Numbered from the whole stretch's first letter, positions 1 to 11,710 are shown. The stretch is 63,346 nt of DNA, filler included, from Octopus bimaculoides (GCF_001194135.2; 10 parts of 9 records of this genome joined end to end with filler, not necessarily neighbours in it), one strand, 5' to 3'. The notes: generated by a model from the sequence alone, not told the origin. Program-made: numbers and translations.

Positions 1-232
1 TATTATTTCAGCCTGGCTGTGTTTTTAGACAGTTGAAAAGAATACTTTTAATATAAAAAAAAAAAAGAAAAGAAAAGAAATTAAATGATAGCATTGTAGT
101 TGCGGGTGGGGCCCCTTAGTCTCCTGGCAACCAATATTTTAGACCCAGTCTGCCAATGCATTCAGCCATGTCTGCGCCTATAAAGCCAAGCATGCGCCTA
201 AATATAAATTGAAAAAAAAAAAAAAAATTAAT

Positions 233-645
233 ATAAGCGTGGCTGTGAAGTAAGACGTTTGCTTTGTAACCAAATGGTTCCAGATTCAGTCCCACTGCGT
301 GACACCTTGGGCAAGAGTTTTCTACTATGGCCTCGAGACGACCAAAGCCTTATGAGTGGATATGGTAGATGGAAATTGAAAGAAACCTGCCGTGTATGTA
401 AATATATATATATGTGTATGAATGAATGTATGTATGTGTGTGTGTGTGTGTGTCCTACATTACCGCTTGACAACCGGTATTGGTTTGTTTACGTCCCCGT
501 AACTTAGCGGTTCGGCAAACAAAACAGAATAAATATCAGGCTGGGGGAAAACAAAATTACTGGGGTCAATTCGTTCGACTCAAAATTCTTCTCGGCGGTC
601 CCCCAGTATGGCCACAGTCTAACGACTGAAACAAGTGAAAGATAC
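233..645 (+). mobile_element. tRNA-derived SINE, octopus OK-like, near full length
   Basis: Head GCGTGGCTGTGAAGTAAGACG...GGTTCCAGATTCAGTCCCACTGCG, central TA/TG microsatellite, tail CCCCAGTATGGCCACAGTCTAACGACTGAAACAAGT. Same architecture as the copy at 44964-45530. Confidence 0.85.
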
Positions 646-794
646 TATAATAAAGTTTTAGAACTATTGCGAATTAGGGTAAGCAGCCAGTCCCCTGGCG
701 TCAAAATAGGTAACGGACCTGATCCAGGTAGGTTTTTTGAACTGAGAATTCTCTGGTAAATGTCCTTCCTAAAGTACCATTGGTTATATCGTAC

Positions 795-935
795 CCCAAA
801 TTCTGCCGAAGTTGACTTTGTCTTTCATCCTTTCGGGGGTCGATAAAATAAGTACCAGTTGAGTATTTGAGTCGATTTAATCGACTTGGTCCCTCCTCCG
901 TAACTACTGGCCTTGTACCAGAGTTTGAAACCAAT
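795..935 (+). mobile_element. SINE 3' body, octopus OR-like
   Basis: AAATTCTGCCGAAGTTGACTTTGTCTTTCATCCTTTCGGGGGTCGATAAAATAAGTACCAGTTGAG...GGCCTTGTACCAGAGTTTGAAACCAAT matches copies at 42669 and 46540. Confidence 0.8.
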
Positions 936-1548
936 ACTGTGTAACCTAATGCAACCAGTTACATGGTGGGGTCGCTCTTGTAACAGGCACCCCCTCTACG
1001 GTAGGGAGTGCAGTGAGAAGGTGTTAGGAAACCCAGCAGACAAAAATGTGGACCCGTCAAAAAAGGATATATGCTCATTATATAAATATATACGAGAGCC
1101 GCAGGCGGTTTTGCACACGGTCCATAGACATGCTAGAAATAGCAACTATATTTTCAAAATCAAACTTCATAGCTCTGAAAACGCAGTGAATAATGTCATT
1201 CTTGATTCCATGGAGAAAGATATGGTAGTCATGGCTGGAAAGCATTTGATCAGACAGGATCAAATTTCATTTAGGGTTACAAAAAAAAAAAAAANNNNNN
1301 NNNNNNNNNNNNNNNNNNNNNNNNNNNNNNNNNNNNNNNNNNNNNNNNNNNNNNNNNNNNNNNNNNNNNNNNNNNNNNNNNNNNNNNNNNNNNNNNNNNN
1401 NNNNNNNNNNNNNNNNNNNNNNNNNNNNNNNNNNNNNNNNNNNNNNNNNNNNNNNNNNNNNNNNNNNNNNNNNNNNNNNNNNNNNNNNNNNNNNNNNNNN
1501 NNNNNNNNNNNNNNNNNNNNNNNNNNNNNNNNNNNNNNNNNTGCTTAC

Positions 1549-1941
1549 CAGGATCTAAGAACAAGTCAGGAGAGCACATAAACCTTCAAAACTTTAGGTT
1601 AGTACAGAAAGTTGGCAGGCATGGACAGGCGGATACAAGAATTTAGACACGTAAATGGAAGAGGCCGTATTAGAAGTACCATAAATATGCAGAATCAGTT
1701 TCTTTTTAAAATTAAAATTAAACTAACCTCATGTTAAAATAAAACCAGCTTCTAGATACAACGAAGAAATATAAATGATACATTTTATCCTCTCCAAACT
1801 AATTTCGATAACGCTCTTTTTTTTTTTTTTTCAATTAGCTCGTCCAAATTACTTTTTGTATTCCCAAAAGACGAAGATTGTTATTTCATACCTGAGGTGC
1901 GTATTATTAGACACACGAAGGCGAGAAAGCCGAAACGGCAT
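1549..1941. other. Pair of candidate small exons, strand ambiguous, gene unidentified
   Basis: Minus reading: ATG 1941 to 1892, CAG|GTATGA, TACTAAC branch at 1604-1598, exon 1583-1549, CTG|GTAAGC, giving MPFRLSRLRVSNNTHLR|FMCSPDLFLDP. Plus reading: exons 1552-1597 and 1839-1896, giving SKNKSGEHINLQNFS|SSKLLFVFPKDEDCYFIPE. Both are phase-consistent. Confidence 0.3.
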
Positions 1942-2199
1942 TAACACCTTTAACTTCTTCCTCGTAGAGTATTTTGTAACATGCTTAATTGTCAAAATAT
2001 TCAGTAAGGTGGTGCAACATATAAAAACATCACATAACATTAACTCGTAACGCTAGAGTATAAAATTTTACCGACAAAAACACACGAAAAGATATTTAAA
2101 AAGACTTTCTACGCACTCAATTATATTATTAAGTTGGTTTTATAAAAAGAAATTGCTTTAAATAAATATTAATAGTCTATCGGCAATATTAACACGTTC

Positions 2200-4100
2200 T
2201 GACGTTTCATATAACGACGTATAACAACTGTGTGCGCGAGCAGTAATATGGCAATTAAACATGTTAGTAGTAGTAATATTATTAATAATTAGGGTACTTT
2301 ACCCAGAAGACAGTATCGTTGCAAATTGTCGCAAGTGGTTCTGAGGTGGCCATCGTATAAAGCCGAAGACAAGACTGTCCTCCACCGAGGACCACTGATC
2401 TTAATATGTTTGTTGTTGCGCATAGTAAAGATGTACTTGATATGTCATTGGCCACGTGATGGAAACTCCGCGAAATTAACGAATCACTGCCGCGCTTGAC
2501 AGTAAAGAAATAGTGTCCACCGCAATTAGGAGTTAAATGTTTACCGTCGCTGCTTTACTTAACAAGCAACACAAAAGAACCTCAGATACTATTGTCACAA
2601 TCAACAATGTAAACACATCACGAGTCAGCAGTGGTATCGTTTCAACGAGGTTGTTTTGTTGTTCGACCAGGTAGAAATGAAACGACGGCCATACTGAAAT
2701 AAGACGTGATGGTCACGTCTGTAACTTAACCTTGGTTGATATTATACACCACGCTGCAGCAACATACCCAGAGTACGACTTCGACTTCACACACCAAAAC
2801 AATATCAGCGTGTACGGCACATTGAGAGCGCTTTTACGTTGTCGTTCGATTTGCTAGTAATAGCAATTGGTTCTTCCTAAAAGTCTTTCCTTGATGTCTT
2901 AAGGAAAAGTTGGGATGAAGGCTTTAGATAATGCAAACAGTAATCTTAGATCCGAAGAACTCAGTGGTCCATGCGTCAGTAATTCTTGAGGATGAAGCGT
3001 TCAAATCGAGTAGTATCCTTCGTCGGAGAGGTACAAATGGTATGGCCTGAAGCATTAGATTTTTTCTCTCCATCTCTAAACCAGTTTATTACACTTTTGA
3101 ATTGGATAACGTAAACCACACACACACATTCTCGACTGGAATATCTTTGGTCACAGGTTTGCCCGAAAGGAGCTGATTTGAGAAGAAACAAAACACTTTA
3201 ATTACATACACCACAACGGCGNNNNNNNNNNACAGGTTTGCCCGAAAGGAGCTGATTTGAGAAGAAACAAAACACTTTAATTACATACACCACAACGGCG
3301 AAAGTAAAGAATACATACACCCGGTATTTAGGGTTAGGGTTTTTGTTACGCCCGAAAGCGAGTGGTGTACGTATTCTTAACCTCCGTCCACTGCAGCAAG
3401 ATACAAACTGCACAAAAAAAAAAAAAAGCCGACGAAGTAGCCTTTAAACCACTTGTTCTTAAGAGGGGTGGGGTCCGTATGACACGTGAGAGTGCACGCA
3501 AGCAAAATAGTAAATTGGGGATCTGCAATAGTATTTTAAGGGTTCGTGAAAAAAAGTTCTTTAAAGGTATACATAGTTTTAAACATTGAATGACTATGGG
3601 AGTCCATAAGTATAGAATAGTAATCAAAAGGGTTCACAAATAAAAGAGAGAAAGGTTGAGAACCACAGCTTTATTGATCGTTCGAAGCTGCTAGTAATAG
3701 CAGCCAAAATTTTCTCGAATCTCAGCCGACCATTTTATTAATTTATTCATTTTTTTTCGAATTTGATCTTAAGTTCTGCTCGATCAGGGCTGAACTGGGA
3801 CAAGGCATCACCCAGCAACCAAACACTGTGACTCGCAGCTATATCGCTGCAGCATAGTGGGTCTGCTTAAAACAGAACCGATAATAACATTTCCACGAAT
3901 TTCGCTGCACACGCGAACAGCAGTTATTACGAATTGCATTACAATGGCTCAGGATCAGAGTGGAGATGGAGGGGGCACAGGAGATGCAAGCGCATCCCCT
4001 AAGATTGCAATGAAAATGCTTTGAATATCCCCCTGCAAAACGAACGAGTGTAGAAAGGTTTTTGGACTGATATGAAGCATTACTTTTCCATTATTGGATT
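2200..4100. promoter_or_regulatory. Mostly unique, CpG-retaining region; possible promoter or first-exon region
   Basis: Visibly more CpG than the flanking LINE debris. ATTGGCCACGTG (CCAAT plus E-box) near 2447-2458. Perfect inverted repeat AGACGTGA-TGG-TCACGTCT at 2702-2720. Confidence 0.35.
3445..3668. mobile_element. Probable hAT/Charlie-type MITE
   Basis: Right end AAAGGTTGAGAACCACAG is the reverse complement of CTGTGGTTCTCAACC, resembling Charlie/MER5 TIRs. Left end is degenerate. Confidence 0.45.
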
Positions 4101-4167
4101 TATTTGATTTGATTGATGTACAAATAATGATAATAATAATCATAATTATTATTATTATACCTTAGAC

Positions 4168-4310
4168 AGCGAGCTGGCAGAATCGTTACTGCACCGGACA
4201 AAATGCTTAGCTGCTTTTCGTCCGGCTTTACGTCCTGAGTTTAAATTCAGCCGAGATCAACTTTACCTTTCGTTCTTCCAGGATCGATAAAATAAGAAAT
4301 GGTTGAGCAC
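4168..4310 (+). mobile_element. OR-like SINE, 5' part truncated by a gap
   Basis: GCGAGCTGGCAGAATCGTTACTGCACCGGACAAAATGCTTAGC...AAATTCAGCCGAGATCAACTTTACC. Confidence 0.8.
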
Positions 4311-4410
4311 NNNNNNNNNNNNNNNNNNNNNNNNNNNNNNNNNNNNNNNNNNNNTTAATTAATTAANNNNNNNNNNNNNNNNNNNNNNNNNNNNNNNNNN
4401 NNNNNNNNNN
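4311..4410. other. Assembly join spacer N44-TTAATTAATTAA-N44; the 12-mer also occurs at 6440, 17828, 30787, 34101, 37500, 50082, 59844 and 61029
   Basis: Identical 12-mer with stops in all six frames, centred in N runs nine times. Confidence 0.95.
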
Positions 4411-4542
4411 GGGCGAATAAATGAATGAGTGAAAGATGAATGACCCCCGGCCAGATATCGGCACTCGAGTAACTTAGCAGTGTAATAAACGACGCAGATA
4501 TGATAGCAATCTGTGTCAAAAATCAGTAAATGTTTTCAGTGT

Positions 4543-4584
<42 letters not shown>

Positions 4585-4615
4585 TTATTACTACCACCAC
4601 CACCAACACCACCAC

Positions 4616-6395
4616 CGGGCGTACGTTCAGGCAAAAGCTACGAACGATCGTCCGTAGCCTTTAGATCGAACGGGCGTAGGATCTAGTTCAAAACGGGGGC
4701 GCCAGTATTTTCTTAACGAAACACTTTGAAACTTGGGACACTGGTAGAATGTGTCATATAAAACATCTTTTTCTCTTAGTCTTCTTAAGAAAAATTATTA
4801 TATTGCAACNNNNNNNNNNTGTTAACGAAATTATATTAAAAATAGAACGAAGGAAAACGAACACACGTGTGTTGCCTCTCTGCAAAATGTCAGAAGTAAT
4901 GGAGATTAAATACGCTTTACACTGCTTAAACTGCCAAAGGAACCGCTTAAACTGCCAAAGGAGTAACCGTAAACAGCTGAATACTTGTCAGTGATTGGTT
5001 GAAATTATACAAATAAGACAATTTTTTACATGAAATAACTTCGAATACAAAAAATTTTTTCTATTCTATAACACAAAATAGATAAGTATACGAAGTTTGA
5101 AAGTCTTTCGGTACCAANNNNNNNNNNCTATAACACAAAATAGATAAGTATACGAAGTTTGAAAGTCTTTCGGTACCAAAAACACTACATAAAACATAAA
5201 TGAAAACTGGTGCCCCCGTTTTGAACTAGATTCCGGGCGTACGTTCAGACAAAAGCTACGAACGATCGTCCGTAGCCTTTAGATCGATCGGGCGTACGTT
5301 CAGGCAAAAGCTACGGACGATCGTCCGTAGCCTTTAGATCGAACGGGCATACGTTCAGGCAAAAGCTACGAACGATCGTCCGTAGCCTTTAGATCGAACG
5401 GGCGTACGTTCAGGCAAAAGCTACGAACGATCGTCCGTAGCATTTTAGATCGAACGGGCGTACGTTCAGTCAAAAGCAACTGACGCACGTCCGTAGCAGT
5501 TCGATCGAACCGCCGTACGTTCGGGCAAAAGCTACGAACGATAGTCCGTAGCATTTTAGATCGAATGGACGTACGTTCGGGCAAAAGCTACGAACGATCG
5601 TCCGTAGCATTTTAGATCGAACGGAAGTACGTTCGGGCAAAAGCTACGGACGATCGTCCGCAGACCTTAGATCGAACGGGCGTACGTTCAGGCAAAAGCT
5701 ACGGACGATCGTCCGTAGCCCTTAGATCGAACGGGTGCACGTTCAGGCAAAAGCTACGGACGATCGTCCGTAGCCCTTAGATCGAACTAGCGTACATTCA
5801 GTCAAAGGCAACGGACGCACGTCCGTAGCTTTTAGATCTTGCGGACGTACGTTCAGTCAAAAGCAACGGACGCACGTCCGTAGCTTTTAGATCGAACGGA
5901 CGTACGTTCAGTCAAAAGCAACTGACGCACGCCCGTAGCAGTTCGTTCGAACGGGCGTACGTTCAGTCAAAAGCAAGAGACTCACGTCCGTAGCTTTTAG
6001 ATCGAACGGGCGTAAGTTCAGTTAAAAGCAACGGACGCACATCCGTAGCTTTTAGATCGAACCACCGTACGTTCGGGCAAAAGCTACGAACGATAGTCCG
6101 TAGTATTTTAGATCGAATGGACGTAGGTTCGGGCAAAAGCTTCGAACGATCGTTCGTAGCATTTTAGATCGAACGGACGTACGTTCGGGCAAAAGCTACG
6201 GACGATCGTCCGTAGCCCTTAGATCGAACGGGCGTACGTTCAGGCAAAAGCTACGGACAATCGTCCGTAGCTCTTAGATCGAACGGGCGTACGTTCATTC
6301 AAAAGCAACGGACGCACGTCCGTAGCTTTTAGATCGAACGGGCGAACGTTCAGTCAAAAGCAACGGACGCACGTCCGTAGCTTTTAGATCGAACG
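4616..6395. repeat. 55/56-bp palindromic tandem array (22 monomers visible, runs into a gap)
   Basis: Monomer GGGCGTACGTTCAGGCAAAAGCTACGGACGATCGTCCGTAGCCTTTAGATCGAAC. One copy at 4616-4670 and 21 copies at 5235-6394. Confidence 0.97.
4679..5233. mobile_element. Non-autonomous TIR DNA transposon inserted in the 55-bp array
   Basis: 28-bp TIRs GGATCTAGTTCAAAACGGGGGCGCCAGT and (revcomp) GAATCTAGTTCAAAACGGGGGCACCAGT, 2 mismatches. Flanked by duplicated CGGGCGTA at 4671-4678 and 5234-5241. Confidence 0.9.
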
Positions 6396-6495
6396 NNNNN
6401 NNNNNNNNNNNNNNNNNNNNNNNNNNNNNNNNNNNNNNNTTAATTAATTAANNNNNNNNNNNNNNNNNNNNNNNNNNNNNNNNNNNNNNNNNNNN

Positions 6496-6556
<61 letters not shown>

Positions 6557-6649
6557 ATACATATATATAATATATAATACATATATATAATATATATTTA
6601 TATATATAATATAAGTGGTGTGGTATACTCCGAGCCAAGAAATAGGTGG

Positions 6650-8535
6650 ATAAGATGAATGAGGTAGTCAGAGTGTGCTTTGACTAGTTTTACAAAACAG
6701 GCCTCTGGAATTTTGTGATGCAAATGACCAAATGATCTGCAATACCAATTTCAGGAAACCTGCCAGTCACTCGATAACTTATCAATCTGGTGGCGAAGTT
6801 AACCAGGTGAACTTCATTCTCTCAGAAAGCAAGGGTGAAATAGTGGTGGAATAGTGTAGTTGACGGCCATTCAAGCAAAGAAACAAGAAGAGTGGTAGTA
6901 GCAGAAAACTATATCGGGTAGCTAGAAGGGAAGTGAAAACCCAAGGAGAAGCAGAAAGGAAGAAGTTTGCCAATGTCCATTGGTCTTAGGACCAGAGGTT
7001 TGAGGTGTTTCAGATTGCAAGACATTATGTTAGAGAAAATCGCTATGTGGTAAGATGGATGATGACTCACTTGCAGTCAGTGATTCTGCAAAGAAGGAGG
7101 CTTGGAAGTGCCACTATGAAAGGTTGCTAAATATAGGGGATGCATGGGAGAAGGAGAGTCTCCCAAATGTGAACCCAACAGAGGGATCAGCTATCCTAAT
7201 AGGCAATAGCTTGGTAGATAAAAGCAATTTAGGATATGAAAACAGGGAAAGCCCTCAGACCATCAGGAATCACTGCTGAAATGCTTAAAATATCTGGCAG
7301 AGAGGGATACGGTCTAGTCACCCTTATAGTTAATCAGGATGTCCACGAAGAAGTCATCCTCAATGACTAGTGTATCAGCATTATAGTCAACTACTACAAA
7401 AGTAAAGATGACACCTTAGACAGAAATAACAGAGGGATCAAATTGTTGGACCAGGTAATGAAAGTTAAAGAGAGAGAGTAATAGCTTAACTAATTAGGAA
7501 GAGAGTTAGTCTAGATGAGAGGCTTTATTCCTGGTAAGGCAGCTACAGGAGAGGTAACCAAAAATAAACTGCTAAGAATAGATAAGTGACTGGTGAGAGT
7601 TGTACAAGCCATGTACAGGGATGTTGTTAGGAAGGTAAAAGTTAGCAATGAATTTAGTGTATAGACAGGAGTTCACCAGGAATCAGTTCTTAGACTAGTC
7701 TTGTTCATCATAGTCCTTCAGGCAATAACAAAGGAATTTAAGACAAGCTGCCCTTGAGAGCTCCACTATGCTGATGACCTTGTTCTTACAGCTGAATCAC
7801 TACCAGGAGTAGAGAGGAAATTTCAGGTGTGGAAGCAAGGACTGGAATCAAAGGGCTTTAGAGTCAATTTAGCAAAAACCAAAGTCTTAGTAAGTAAGAA
7901 GAGACAAATCACAACTCTCTTCAGGGAGATGGCCCTGCTTGATATGTAGAAAAGGTTTTGATAGAAACTCCATACGGCATATGGCAGTGGAACATGACTG
8001 TGATGGCTTGAAAGAAATGAAGCTAGTATGCTCTGCTGGATGTGCAATGTTAGTGTGCACTTATGACAGAATGTAAGTGTTTTATGAGAAAAATGAGGTA
8101 CAAGAGGCATCAGATGTAGTGTGCAAGAGAGAAGACTGTGCTGGTATGGCCACGTAATACATATGGACGAGGACAGCTGTGTAAAGAAGTGTTGATCTCT
8201 AACTGTGGAGGGAACCTGTGGAAAAGGAAGATGTGGGATGAGGTGGTAAAATATGATCTTCAGATGTTGAGTCTCACAGAGGCAATTACAAGTGACTGAG
8301 ACTTTTGACGACTTGCTGTGCGTGAAAAGACACATCAGGCTCAGTGAAATCATAATTGTGGTCAGTGCTGGTGACATGCAAAAGGAACCTGGTACACTCT
8401 GTGGAATGGCTGGCATCAGGAAAGGTATCCACCAGTAGAAACCAAGCCAAAACAGATTGGAACCTGATGCAACTCTCTTGCTTACCAGTTCCAGTCAAAC
8501 CATCTAAGCATGGAAAATGGATGTATGATGATGAT
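6650..8535 (+). mobile_element. RTE (BovB-like) LINE, degraded: endonuclease end, RT and 3' tail
   Basis: Frameshifted peptides LEFCDAND.MICNTNFRKPASHSITYQSGG, KKEAWKCHYERLLN, RGIKLLDQVMKV, LHYADDLVL. Tail TGGCATCAGGAAAGGTATCCACCAGTAGAAAC...(GAT)n. Confidence 0.9.
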
Positions 8536-8539
8536 GACA

Positions 8540-9640
8540 ACTACACTCATTTACCAATGTGTGTTCTCCCCAATCCAACATCTATTTCCATCCCCAAATT
8601 CATAAACCTAATAGCTCATTTTTCTGCTAGTAACAGCCCCATCAAACTAATATCCAAGTATCTTTCATCTCAAGTTGCTTCCCTCTTGTTTTACATCTAT
8701 AACACCAACCACACCCTCCATCTTCAATTCTTTTACCTTCCTTTCTAACCCTTCCAGTTTTCTCTTCACTGTGGGTATCAAATCTCTCTACCCTAATATC
8801 CTCTACATTAACTGCCTCCTAGCCCTTCGATACTTCTTCACCCCCAATATTCTCTGCCTGCCTGTACAAGTGTTCATTCTAAACTGTTTCTCTTTCAGAG
8901 CTGAGGTAACCGGAATCACTATGGAGACAAGGATAGGACCTCGCTACACCAACCTGTTTGTCAACTGTACCCAAAGCCCAAATTTTCTCAGTTTACTGGT
9001 GCTACCCCAGAGCTATACAGACATTATAAAGATGACTGTATTGGTACCATCTCCCTCTTTCACCATTTCCATGAAGTCACCTCTATCTTCTTGGAGGGCT
9101 TCCTCTTTCTGGTTATTTCTCCTACCATCAACCACCTCAATCATACTCTCATCACTGACACTTTCAATATATCCACCAACTTCCACTCCTTACCTGACTT
9201 TTTTCATCTCAACCCACTCACACTTAATGTGTCATCTCCTACTCTCAATTCCTGTCTCTCCAACTGTGGCCATGACTCTGAGTCCCACTCCCATTATATG
9301 ATCTGTCTCTTCATTCAACAAGGATATCTTTTACTCTATTTTAAACCACTCTCACTGGTATCTGCCAAGTTGATTGCATTTCTGTAGTCTTGTTCCACAC
9401 CCCAGCTACTTTCTTGTGAGCCATCTACCTCCAGCCTGAACCTGTTATCTGAACTAGCCCACCTTTTGCCTCATCCAAGCATGTCTGCAACCATGTGGCT
9501 TACTGGTCTATGTCTGTAGCTTATTCCTCTCCTCTCCTTGTGCACCCATTCAAATCTATCATTTGTTCCCAGTGCCCCATTACAACACCTGTTTGTTCCT
9601 CATCGACACCACCTCCCTCACTGAATATGCCAAATCAGGT
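8540..9640 (+). mobile_element. Penelope-like element RT remnant
   Basis: FLFTVGIKSLYPNI (compare LFTMDVKSLYTNIPH), ILNCFSF, TGITMETRIGPRYTNLFV (compare GVAMGTRMGPSYANLF), SYTDII (compare RYIDDI). Confidence 0.85.
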
Positions 9641-9689
9641 CAAAGGAAAAGTACTACTGATGTTCCCTTCCTAGTAAGGCAACTTCAGA

Positions 9690-10870
9690 AGTATTCAACC
9701 AAAAGTAAAGCAGTGTACTTGGCTTTAGGAGACAGCCTTTGAGAGGGTTCCTCCTTCCTGATCTGGCGACCACTGTGGAAGCTTGGGGCAGATGAATGGC
9801 AGGTGAGAGTTAGCTAGCAATGAGTACAGCAACAAATTGAGCATGCAAGTAAGAGTTCACCAAGGCTTGAGTCTCAGTCTTCTATTATTTCTGATTGTCC
9901 TCCCGGCCATAACAGAAGGGTTTAAGATTGGTTACCCATGAAAATTTTTCTATGTTCATGACTTTGTTCACATAGCTGAATATATAGTAGAATTAGAAAA
10001 GAAATTTCAGGTATGGAAACAGAACTCAGAATCAAATGGCCTTAAAGTCAGTCTAGAAAAGACTCTAGTAAGCAGGAAAACAGACAGGACTCTAGTCCTT
10101 TTAGGTAAATGGCCCTGTTTGGTATGTAAAAAAGGCGTAGGAAGAAATTTCTTACTGTGTACCCAGTGCAACTTTGATCACACAAGAATTGCAGTGAAAT
10201 CAAAGTAAGATTAACAGAGAACGTAAACTTTCTTTGTGGCAGATGTGCAGGTGCAATAAACACTAAACACATAGGAAATATATTTTCATGAATATCCAGG
10301 AGGATCCTTAGCAGTAGCTGATTGTTTCTGTTAAGTGACCATTAAGTCACTTAAGTAACAGTGGAGGAGAATTTTCTGAAAGTATAGTTACCAGAATAAG
10401 AATTGGAGAAAGTTCAGAGAGCTATTACCTCTGTTGGTAACAAAAGCTTCACTCTCAGGGTGAAAGGCATATTGTACAATGTTTGTATACAAACAGTAAT
10501 GCTAGTGAAATGTGGACTTGAATGCAGTGGGCATGCAAATACTAGCAAGAAATGAAGCTAGTATGCTCCACTGGTGGTATAACATTAGTGTGTATGTACA
10601 ACAAAATGTAAATGTGCTGAGAGAAAAATTGGCATAAGCAGCATTAGATGTAGTGTACAAAAGGGAAGACTACTGGTATGACTACTGATGTATATGGATG
10701 AGGAAAATTTCATAAATAAATTCTATTCACATTGCAAAATGTAAATGAAACTTGTGAAAGAAGAAGATGTAGGGCGAATTAGTGAAGACTGACTTCAGGT
10801 TGCTGAAGCTCATGGAAATGACAAAGGATGAAGATGATAGACAATTCGCTGTACTCAAAAGGATCTATTC
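9690..10870 (+). mobile_element. Second degraded RTE LINE, 3' half of RT
   Basis: Homologous to 7560-8330, e.g. GVHQG.VLS.LLF, AITEGFKIG.PW, ELEKKFQVWKQN.ESNGLKV. Confidence 0.8.
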
Positions 10871-11049
10871 ACCTCAGCCAAAATATGGCCCTATAAGCAT
10901 ATTGTTAACATCTATACCCCTGCACCAAATCTATATCTGTTAATCCTTCCTCACAAATTATCTTCATAACGTCCATCCATCCTTTACCCCTCTAACTATG
11001 GCACTATTCCCTCAGTTACTGTAATTATGTAAGAGTAAAACCGCACATA

Positions 11050-11710
11050 TTCCATTCCCACTTATGTGCTGCCAGTTATCCCTCCCCTTGGAACCAGTTC
11101 TCTTGCTACCATCTTGCACTCTCAACATCATCCTTTACCATTTTATTTTCCACTGGATGCTACTTTATCCTAAACACCCACTCATATCTACCATTAACAT
11201 CTCTCTTTTTATCTCTCACTCTATCCAACCCTACATGCCACTGGCCTCCATCTCTGTCACTATGCATCTTCTCTCTCCTGCCACATCACACCATCTCTTT
11301 ATTTCACGTTTATCTACTGTTCTCTCCCTATTCTCTCTTTATCCACCTTCTTGTATCTTGACAGGATACCCTGATACCTCATCTCCACTATCCCTGCTCT
11401 CTTTTCTGCTGGGTTAGCCATGTATCTCCTCTACAAGCTGCCTGTTCCCATCTCTCTACCATACTTCAGCTTCTGAAGACCTGGCACAAAGGAACCTCCT
11501 TCAATACTGAAACCCCACTCTGACAAAGATAATGTCTTGTGAGTTACTAGTACTAGAGTCATGAGAAAATCACCCAGTTCACTCTATAAATTGGCTGGCA
11601 TTAGGAAGGGCATCAAATTGTAGCAATTATGCCAAAGCACATATTGCAGTCCACTTCATTTATCTGACTCATCTGATCTTATAGGACTATCCAATGCATT
11701 CCAACACGGA
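11050..11710 (+). mobile_element. Composite: pyrimidine-rich segment (possibly Penelope 3' end) joined to an RTE-type tail
   Basis: CTLNIILYHFIFHWMLLYP-like segment, CT-rich block, then GGCATTAGGAAGGGCATC...(GAT)n. Homologous to the inverted copy at 13668-14525. Confidence 0.6.

Noticed and set aside
913-1290. ~125 open codons on the plus strand
   Set aside because: Starts inside a SINE, no recognisable domain and no convincing splice boundaries.
3153-3300. Direct repeats flanking 10-N gaps (also about 5066-5179, 19099-19230, 61581-61688)
   Set aside because: Identical sequence on both sides of a minimal gap is the signature of unmerged contig overlap.
5366-5584. 72-aa repetitive ORF in the 55-bp array
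   Set aside because: By-product of the repeat; the 55-bp unit does not preserve frame.
4616-6395. CRISPR-like array (palindromic repeats at a regular period)
   Set aside because: The sequence between palindromes is itself repeated, so there are no unique spacers. No cas genes, and the context is eukaryotic.
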